DNA from: a virus
Direction: 5' to 3' (one strand)
Virus record (IMG/VR): IMGVR_UViG_3300021180_000006
Location: 22,799 to 86,798 of that record
Length of the DNA: 64,000 nt
A program made the position numbers and the translations under genes. Shown piece by piece: positions 57,287 through 64,000 of this stretch. The first letter of the stretch is position 1, and every line of letters starts with the position of its first letter. A model generated the notes under the pieces. It did no database searches and was not told the origin of the DNA. It saw only the letters and a program-made list of their open reading frames with translations.

Positions 57287-57960
57287 CTATACCCCACTGC
57301 CATCTCTGGCTCTTGAAGTTCCACCACATCCGGGTCGTAGTCGGCCAGCGATAGCGCCCGCATTTGCAGGTGATGGCACTCGACGCGCATGGCGCAGACG
57401 GCCTTGATCTTCAGTTTCTTCAGACGCAGGAAAAACGAGTGGTCTTCACCGTAGCCGGAAATACGGGAGAACGGCTGCTCTTTCAATTCATCCTCGATTC
57501 GCTCGAACACGCTCCGCTTGACCCACAGACACCCGGCCCCGGCGGAATCGACCTCCAGGACCTCGACCGACTCATCCCATGCCCCAACCGGATGAAGCCC
57601 TTCGCCCTGCAATCGGAAAACCACCGGAGAGTGCGGCGGGTCTTTGTACTGGTAGACGGCGGTGACGACTTCCGCCCCGGTGCGATCCGCCACGTTGAGC
57701 AGCCGGTAAGCGATGTCCGGGTCGAAAGCATGGTCCGTGTCAAGCATCAGCAGCCAATCGCCCCGCATGTTGTCGGCCATGATGTTGCGGGCAACGTCGT
57801 GGATGCTCACACGCGGCGGTCGCGGGTAGTGGATGCACTCACCGGGCAGGCAGAGGTATTGCGCGTTCCACTGGATCAGGTCGGCAAAGGAATCGACGAA
57901 CGGGGAGAGAACGGCAGGCGTTCCGCCCATTCTTGCCACCGTGCCGATGTATTTGTTCAT
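57283..57960 (-). CDS. GT2-like glycosyltransferase
   Basis: ARN, LMLDTDH, GAGCL...R.VFE, GED. Confidence 0.88.
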   Translation of the reverse strand: MNKYIGTVARMGGTPAVLSPFVDSFADLIQWNAQYLCLPGECIHYPRPPRVSIHDVARNIMADNMRGDWLLMLDTDHAFDPDIAYRLLNVADRTGAEVVTAVYQYKDPPHSPVVFRLQGEGLHPVGAWDESVEVLEVDSAGAGCLWVKRSVFERIEDELKEQPFSRISGYGEDHSFFLRLKKLKIKAVCAMRVECHHLQMRALSLADYDPDVVELQEPEMAVGYR

Positions 57961-59150
57961 CAGGAGCACGCGACTTCCTCCATCACTTCCGCCCACTGCT
58001 CGTACTGGTCCACGATCCGCTCCCAATCGAACTTCGCGCGAGCCCATTCCATCATGGGTCCGCGTATCTGTTCTTGCAGCGACAGATCGCTCGTCAGCCT
58101 GCGGATTTCATGGACGTACTGAGCCATCACCAGCGGCTCGTTGGCGGGATCGCCGTTGATGAAGATGCCGTGCCGCACGTTGTCAGCCAGCGCCCAGAGC
58201 GGATTGGTGATGGGGATTGCCCCGCACGCCTGGGCAGACATGCAGGTAATGCAGGATGTCTCGGTAAACGTCGTCGGATAGACCCAAAGCCCCGCCGACA
58301 GGAACTCGCGGTCGAGCTGCGTCTGCCCGATTCGCCCCAGCCACGTCACGCCCGGCTGTTCCAGTCCCGGCCCGCATTCGGCTTCGACGTTCTGCCAGTA
58401 TTTGCCCTGGTCGTCTATCTCGACTGGCGGCTTTGTCCTGTCGCCGCACGCCCTACGGACGGCCCAATACTTTTTCTTGCACTTCTTGATGTTGTCCCAT
58501 CCGTAGGCAACGGTGAGGGACAGTCGCGGCTCGAACTCGCGGGCACGCCGGAAGATTTTCAGGAGGGACGGGAGGCCGCGGTCGGGGCTGCTAGAGTAGA
58601 TGAGTTTGAAGGGGTCACGTCCTATCTGTTTGATCCCCTCGATTCTCTCGACGTTGATCCCATTGCTCGACAGGTGAATCTTGCCTTCAAGCGTCGGCGA
58701 CCTCTGTACCAAATACTCCGCCTGCGCCTTGCACAATGCGAGACATCGATCCAGCTTCGTAATCCGTTCGGCTGAAATGCCCTGCGGATTGTCCTTCCAT
58801 CCGCTCGCGAAAAACTGATCTGGATAGCACACATCCTGACAGACAAGCCACGTCGTCTGCTCGGGATGGTCCACGGGGAAGTTATCCAGTGCAGACGGGC
58901 AACGTGACAAAACCCACACGCCGGGAGCGGCAAAGTCGGCGGCTTCAAGCGGAAGCCAGCGGGCGTTGCCGTCGTATTCGGGGCAGTTGTCGCGGAGCGG
59001 GGCGTAGACCGTGACGACGTGCCCGCGAGCGGCAAGACGACGGGCCATCTCGACAACCGAAGTCTCAGAGCCGCCTATCCCCGGATTCTCCGGGCTGCGG
59101 TGGTCCCACTTCTCAAAGTGGATCGGGCAGTAGAAATAAAAGGTGCGCAT
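57960..59150 (-). CDS. GT4 glycosyltransferase
   Basis: GGSET, SNGI, YSSSPDRGL, F.ETSCIT...AQA.G; TGATG-coupled to the fibre gene. Confidence 0.92.
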   Translation of the reverse strand: MRTFYFYCPIHFEKWDHRSPENPGIGGSETSVVEMARRLAARGHVVTVYAPLRDNCPEYDGNARWLPLEAADFAAPGVWVLSRCPSALDNFPVDHPEQTTWLVCQDVCYPDQFFASGWKDNPQGISAERITKLDRCLALCKAQAEYLVQRSPTLEGKIHLSSNGINVERIEGIKQIGRDPFKLIYSSSPDRGLPSLLKIFRRAREFEPRLSLTVAYGWDNIKKCKKKYWAVRRACGDRTKPPVEIDDQGKYWQNVEAECGPGLEQPGVTWLGRIGQTQLDREFLSAGLWVYPTTFTETSCITCMSAQACGAIPITNPLWALADNVRHGIFINGDPANEPLVMAQYVHEIRRLTSDLSLQEQIRGPMMEWARAKFDWERIVDQYEQWAEVMEEVACS

Positions 59151-62100
59151 CAGACGCGGTTGTTGGCGAATTCCAGCCAGGTCTTGAACAGGCTCCCGGC
59201 GGTGCTGATCTGAGAGAAGGCGATGGCGCCGTTGGCTTGGCCGGCGTTGTTCAGGTACGTCGAAGCGGGCGAGTAGGTGGCGCTGAACGAACCGTGGCCC
59301 GGCGAAGGTGCCATAGTGGCGGCGCTGCCCTGTCCCATCCGGCCAAGAGAAGACGCGAGCGAATTGGTGAAGCCGACGTAAGTCAACTGGCCGCTGAGCG
59401 TGAGGTTCGAGGCGTTGACCGACAGGGTGAAGGTTCTCCCGGCCGCGCCGCTGGTGCTGGCAGATGAACTGCTCGACGACGTGCTCGACGCCATGTTGAC
59501 GCCGATCCAGTAATCGCCCGGTGAAAGGGAAGATGCGAAGGCGAGAGGCACGATCTTGTTGGAGGCCCAAGCCGTCGTCGCCATCCAGGTTCCGGTCAAC
59601 GAGAAGGAAGACGTGGCGCCGGTCGCCCCAGTGGTGCTGCTGGAGTTGCTGATGCTGCTGGTCCATGATCCGTAGCCGGGCGCCCAGGTGGTGATGGTCG
59701 TCGCCGCGTTGATCGTCGTCATCGTGTTGCTGGTCAACGATGGGAAAGAGACGGTCGCGGCGGCGCTGGAGCTGATGCTGATGGTGCTGTTGGTGACGTT
59801 GAAGGCGTAGGTGTGACCCTCATAGGTAACGAAGGAATTCCGCGTCGAGGCGAAGGTCCACAGTTCATCGGTGAAGCCGCCCGAGCCCCGGCTGAACAGG
59901 TACAGGTCCACCAGGTTGGAGTTGGTGAAAGAGTAGGAGGCGTTGGCGTTGAAGCTGCTCGCCCCGCCGTTGCTGAACGTGACCGTGTTCGCCGCCGAGG
60001 TGCTAGTCAGGCTGGCGCTGGCGATGACGTTGACGACGTTGAAACTGAGGTAATTGTCGAGGCGGAAGGGCTGGAGGAACATCGTCCCCAAACCGCCGCT
60101 GGTCGTCGCCGAGCCGACATTGAATTCGTAAGGCTCGAAATACGAATTGGTGTAAGCGGGGACGCCGATGGAGATGGTGCTGGCATTGACGCTGATGGAG
60201 ACCAGACCCGTGCCGGAGAGTGATGAAGTCTGCGGGACGGAGACGACCCAGCCGGAATTCGAGGCCGCGATCGAGCATGCCCCGCTCCCGGCCATGGAAA
60301 TACTTCGGGCATCATAGCTTCCCGATGAAGTTCCGAAGGTGTTCGAGGAAGCGTAGACGCTGCCGGTTTGATTCGTCTGCGAGGCGGCCGAGATCGTCAC
60401 CGACTGGCCGTTCTGGCTGAGCGTGACGTTGTTCCCGCCCGCCAGAATCGCGGTGCCGCTGGAGATGAGGGCATAGCCAGCGCCGGCTGAGGTCGAGTTC
60501 CCGGCCAGGCTCAGGTCAACGCAGTTCTGGGTTTGCACCGTCTGCGTGAAGGCCGACACGGTGACGGAATTCCCGTTCTGCGAAAGCGTGACATTGTTCC
60601 CACCAGCCAGGACAAGCGTACCGCTGGAGACCAGAACGTAACCGGCCCCGGCTGAGGTCGAGTTTCCCGAGAGCGTGACATCGACGCAATTCTGTGTCTG
60701 CACCGTCTGCGTGAAGGCCGAGACCGTGACCGCGTTGCCGTTCTGGCTCAGGGTGACGTTGTTGCCACCGGCCAGGGTCATCGTGCCCGAGGAGATCAGG
60801 ACATAACCAGCTCCTGCGGAGGTCGAGTTGCCGGCGAGCGTGGCATCGACACAGTTCTGGGTCTGCACGCTCTGCGAAGCGGTTGCGGTGATGGTCGAGC
60901 CGTTGAGGCCGAAGCTGACGTTGTTGGAGTTGGAGAAGACGACGCTGCCGAGATTGCCACTATTAGCGCCCGCTGAGAAATTCACCGGAGCGGCAGCGGC
61001 GTTGGCACCGGAGATGGTGACCGACTGGCCGTTTTGCGAGAGCGTGATGTTGTTGCCGCCCGCCAGGATCGCCGTGCCGCTGGAAATCAGGATGTAACCG
61101 GCGCCGGCGGAAGTCGAGTTGCCCGACAAACTCAAGTCCACGCAATTCTGCGTCTGCACCGTTTGCGTCGGCGCGGAGATGATCCAGCCGGAGTTGGTCG
61201 CCGCGACACTGACCGCGCCGCTGCCGGCGATGCTGATCGACCGCGCATCATACGTCCCCGAGGTGCTGCTGAACGTGTTGCTGGAAGCGTAGAGGTTGCC
61301 GGTCTGATTAGTCTGGGCGACCGCGTTGGCAGCCGAGACCGTGACCGAATTCCCGTTCTGGCTGAGCGTGATATTGTTTCCACCGGCCAGGACCATCGTG
61401 CCACTGGAAATCAGGACATAGCCAGCCCCGGCCGAGGTGGAGTTGCCCGACAGCGTCACATCGACGCAATTCTGGGTCTGGACCGTCTGACTGGCGGCCG
61501 AGACGGTGACCGCGTTGCCGTTCTGGCTTAGGGTGACGTTGTTACCGCCCGCCAGCGTCATCGTGCCCGAGGAAATCAGGGCATAGCCGGCCCCGGCCGA
61601 GGTCGAGTTGCCCGCGAGGGTGGCATCGACACAGTTCTGGGTTTGAACAGTCTGCGCCGGCGCGGAAATCACCCACCCGGAATTCGAGGCCGCCACCGAG
61701 ACTGCGCCACTGCCCGCGATGGAAATGCTCCGGGCGTCGTAGGTGCCCGAAGAAGTGCCGAAGGTATTGCTCGAAGCATAGACGTTGCCCGATTGATTGC
61801 TCTGGGCGGCGAAGCTGGCGGTCGCGGTAATCGTCGAGCCGCTGAGTCCGAAACTGACGTTGTTTGAGTTGGAGAAGGTGACCGCCGAGAGATTGTTCGA
61901 GGTCGCGCCGGCTGACAGGTTGATATTGCTGATCGTGGCGGCATTCGACTGCATTGCCGTCGTCAGATAAGGCCCCGGCGATTGATAGTTGGTCGCGACG
62001 GTCGCCGTCAGCGTTGAGCCAGTCAGCCCGAAGGAGACGCCGTTGGAATTCGAGAACGTAAGAGCCGACAGGTTATTGGAAGTCGCGCCCGCCGAAATGT

Positions 62101-62662
62101 TGACGTTGGAGATCGTCGCCGCGTTCGACTGCATCGCCGTCGTCAGATAGGGCGGCAGATTTACACTGACCCCGCTGGTATTGACGGTGATCGAGCCGCC
62201 GGTGATCGCGCCGTTCACCCCCGCGTAGTTGCTGGAATTCTGCGACAGGTCCGCCGTGGTCAGGTAGGGCGGCAGGTTGACCGACACACCCGAGGTGTTC
62301 ACCGTGATCGAGCCGCCGGTGATCGCGCCGTTCGTCCCGGCAAACGCCGTTTCGATGTCGGTGATCGTCTTGACGGTGATGGTCGCGGCGATCTGATCGC
62401 CCACCACAATCGAGCGGGCCGAGGTTCCTTCCTGGGTTCGGACGATGGTCAGCGTGTCGGTCGAGACGTTGGTGACGCGGACGATCTCGGCATTGCTGGC
62501 CATCGGGATCGAGCCGGTCGGCCAGACGGTGGCATTGAACGGCACCGGGGGGAAAAGGCTGCCGCCACCGGCCGAAACGACCAGGGTGGTGCCGCTGGAC
62601 GCCGGCGCGGGCGCAGTGGCAACCAAGGTATACGCGAGGTTCTTGTGTTGATCGAAGGGCAT
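59150..62662 (-). CDS. Giant S/T/N/G-rich repeat fibre protein (1170 aa)
   Basis: N-terminal EIV.VT..S.DTLTIVR.QEGT.AR fibre-anchor motif; six copies of a 55-aa repeat plus three other repeat types. Confidence 0.8.
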   Translation of the reverse strand: MPFDQHKNLAYTLVATAPAPASSGTTLVVSAGGGSLFPPVPFNATVWPTGSIPMASNAEIVRVTNVSTDTLTIVRTQEGTSARSIVVGDQIAATITVKTITDIETAFAGTNGAITGGSITVNTSGVSVNLPPYLTTADLSQNSSNYAGVNGAITGGSITVNTSGVSVNLPPYLTTAMQSNAATISNVNISAGATSNNLSALTFSNSNGVSFGLTGSTLTATVATNYQSPGPYLTTAMQSNAATISNINLSAGATSNNLSAVTFSNSNNVSFGLSGSTITATASFAAQSNQSGNVYASSNTFGTSSGTYDARSISIAGSGAVSVAASNSGWVISAPAQTVQTQNCVDATLAGNSTSAGAGYALISSGTMTLAGGNNVTLSQNGNAVTVSAASQTVQTQNCVDVTLSGNSTSAGAGYVLISSGTMVLAGGNNITLSQNGNSVTVSAANAVAQTNQTGNLYASSNTFSSTSGTYDARSISIAGSGAVSVAATNSGWIISAPTQTVQTQNCVDLSLSGNSTSAGAGYILISSGTAILAGGNNITLSQNGQSVTISGANAAAAPVNFSAGANSGNLGSVVFSNSNNVSFGLNGSTITATASQSVQTQNCVDATLAGNSTSAGAGYVLISSGTMTLAGGNNVTLSQNGNAVTVSAFTQTVQTQNCVDVTLSGNSTSAGAGYVLVSSGTLVLAGGNNVTLSQNGNSVTVSAFTQTVQTQNCVDLSLAGNSTSAGAGYALISSGTAILAGGNNVTLSQNGQSVTISAASQTNQTGSVYASSNTFGTSSGSYDARSISMAGSGACSIAASNSGWVVSVPQTSSLSGTGLVSISVNASTISIGVPAYTNSYFEPYEFNVGSATTSGGLGTMFLQPFRLDNYLSFNVVNVIASASLTSTSAANTVTFSNGGASSFNANASYSFTNSNLVDLYLFSRGSGGFTDELWTFASTRNSFVTYEGHTYAFNVTNSTISISSSAAATVSFPSLTSNTMTTINAATTITTWAPGYGSWTSSISNSSSTTGATGATSSFSLTGTWMATTAWASNKIVPLAFASSLSPGDYWIGVNMASSTSSSSSSASTSGAAGRTFTLSVNASNLTLSGQLTYVGFTNSLASSLGRMGQGSAATMAPSPGHGSFSATYSPASTYLNNAGQANGAIAFSQISTAGSLFKTWLEFANNRV

Positions 62663-62678
62663 CGCTCAAAGGTGAAAG

Positions 62679-63089
62679 TCAGTTGATGACCACCATTGCA
62701 CTCGCGCCGGCCGGGGGAAGCTGCACGGTGAAATTGGCGGCGCTGACGGCAAAGTCGCTGCCGAAGTTGATGACCGCAATCGCGTTGTTGGAGCGGGTGG
62801 CGTTGTAGATCAAGGCCCCTCGCGCTGTGAACGTCGCCATCGTCCACACGGGATTGTTCCAGCTCAGATAAGCCGAATCGCCTGACAATCCCGCCGCGTA
62901 ACCCGAAAGCGCCATCCCCCCAGCCGTGTAGCCGCTGCCGACCACTTCACCGGCTGAGGTGTAAGCCGTCGTCGTCTTGTCCAGGTTCGCGCTTGAGGTG
63001 TACAGCGCGATCATGTACTGATCGCCCGGCTGGTGCAGCCCGGCCTGGAAATCCTGCTTGGCCTGATCGGTGAACGCGTGGGTGATCAT
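62679..63089 (-). CDS. Virion structural protein
   Basis: IALYT..A.L...TTAY....EV.G.GYTAGG..L, ARGALIYN. Confidence 0.75.
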   Translation of the reverse strand: MITHAFTDQAKQDFQAGLHQPGDQYMIALYTSSANLDKTTTAYTSAGEVVGSGYTAGGMALSGYAAGLSGDSAYLSWNNPVWTMATFTARGALIYNATRSNNAIAVINFGSDFAVSAANFTVQLPPAGASAMVVIN

Positions 63090-63484
63090 TCATCGCCGTC
63101 GTCGTTGTCGCTGCCGCCGATCTGGAGATCGATTTTAATTTGGTGCCCATTGTTCTCCACCTTATATGGGCCGTCACTAAACCGGTGTCCGCCCACGATG
63201 ACATCGCCGCAGCTCACGTAATAGCCGTAGACGTTCTCCGGGGGCTGGGGCGAGGTGGAGCGGAAAATCTGCTGCGGATAAACGATCGCCGGCTCTCCCT
63301 CGTTTTGCACTTCGCGCCAGCGGGCGGGGTCGAGCGGAATCGGCGAGTAGCCCAGGAAATTCGGTTGGGTGAAGAAATTCTCCTCGAAGTCCGGACGCAC
63401 GTCGTTGCCGAACAGGCGCAGGACCAGGTCGTTGCGGGCGGTGAGTCCGCGCAGACAGAGCACGATTGCAGCGCGGGTGAGCAT
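63086..63484 (-). CDS. Putative virion structural protein
   Basis: LRLF.ND, F.GY, VYGYYV motifs. Confidence 0.6.
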   Translation of the reverse strand: MLTRAAIVLCLRGLTARNDLVLRLFGNDVRPDFEENFFTQPNFLGYSPIPLDPARWREVQNEGEPAIVYPQQIFRSTSPQPPENVYGYYVSCGDVIVGGHRFSDGPYKVENNGHQIKIDLQIGGSDNDDGDE

Positions 63485-63487
63485 CGA

Positions 63488-64000
63488 TTACTTTTCCCCG
63501 CCGGACGCCTCATCAGGCGGATTCGGCTCCACGGTAGGTTCGGGAGGCGCCGGGGGGGGCGAGGCGGGAAGAATGGGCGTTGGGTTCTGGGTAGTGATCT
63601 CGTCGCGGAATCCGGTGACCGTTCCATCGGCATCGCGGATGAAATGACGGGTCATTCCCGACGTCTCGTCTTTCACTTCCGAAGTCAATCCATCGGCATC
63701 GCGGACGATCGTATGAATCCCCGGAGCGCGAGGCGGCACGGTGACGTTGACGATCGGCGCTTCCACATTCACCTGCGCGGGAGGTGCCGGCGGCGGAAGG
63801 ACCGGGGCGGCCACGTTGACGATCGGCGCTTCGACGGTGATCTGCGGCGGCTCGGGTGGCTCGGGTGGATCGGGGAGCTGAATGATCGGAGCGAGATTCA
63901 CCACCGGCGCTTCCAGATACACATCGGGCGCAGCTGACGGCGGCGGGGCGTGCAGATGAATGACCGGCGGGTGCACTGTCACCTGCGGCGCGGCAGACGG
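63488..64000 (-). CDS. Pro-rich C-terminus of a head gene, probably portal (5' partial)
   Basis: VEAPIVNV repeats and two RDADG motifs; runs off the window. Confidence 0.5.
   Translation of the reverse strand, partial: PSAAPQVTVHPPVIHLHAPPPSAAPDVYLEAPVVNLAPIIQLPDPPEPPEPPQITVEAPIVNVAAPVLPPPAPPAQVNVEAPIVNVTVPPRAPGIHTIVRDADGLTSEVKDETSGMTRHFIRDADGTVTGFRDEITTQNPTPILPASPPPAPPEPTVEPNPPDEASGGEK

Larger units (their letters stand above)
1..64000. mobile_element. Temperate siphophage/prophage segment, open at both ends
   Basis: Integrase, replication genes, capsid, tail tube, chaperones and tape measure in phage order; no host housekeeping genes; no tail sheath. Confidence 0.95.

Noticed and set aside
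9483-64000. Lysis cassette or tail sheath
   Set aside because: No recognisable endolysin, spanin or sheath motifs; the small TM genes are too ambiguous to call holins

Overview
The whole window is part of a temperate, non-contractile-tailed (sipho-like) phage or prophage. The host is probably a planctomycete (Phycisphaerae-like), inferred from the integrase C-terminus, csrA, a prepilin-like gene and the style of the intergenic repeats. Positions 1-9390 (+) are an early/replication arm: integrase end, DUF5131, replication initiator with iterons, DnaC-like loader and CsrA. Positions 9483-64000 (-) are one very long late arm: a Pro-rich probable portal end, a giant repeat fibre, prohead protease, major capsid, DUF2190, head-tail joining protein, a propeller-fused tail terminator, tail tube, G/GT chaperones with a -1 frameshift, gpZ, tape measure and tail-tip proteins. 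Two things stand out. (1) About 15 glycosyltransferase-like genes, 6-7 methyltransferases, a sulfotransferase-like domain and two phosphatases sit in three blocks next to the fibre, head and tail-tip genes, which suggests an elaborate virion-glycosylation system. (2) Several genes inserted antisense to the late arm share an RNA leader architecture: a promoter, a 5' 12-mer, then a long stem whose loop holds the complement of that 12-mer. Each copy has its own sequence and two copies show clear covariation, resembling orthogonal P4 CI / P1 C4-type antisense switches. A further highly structured non-coding region of about 450 nt precedes the capsid gene. I saw no CRISPR array, tRNA, reverse transcriptase or clear lysis module. 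All family calls come from reading motifs by eye, not from database searches.
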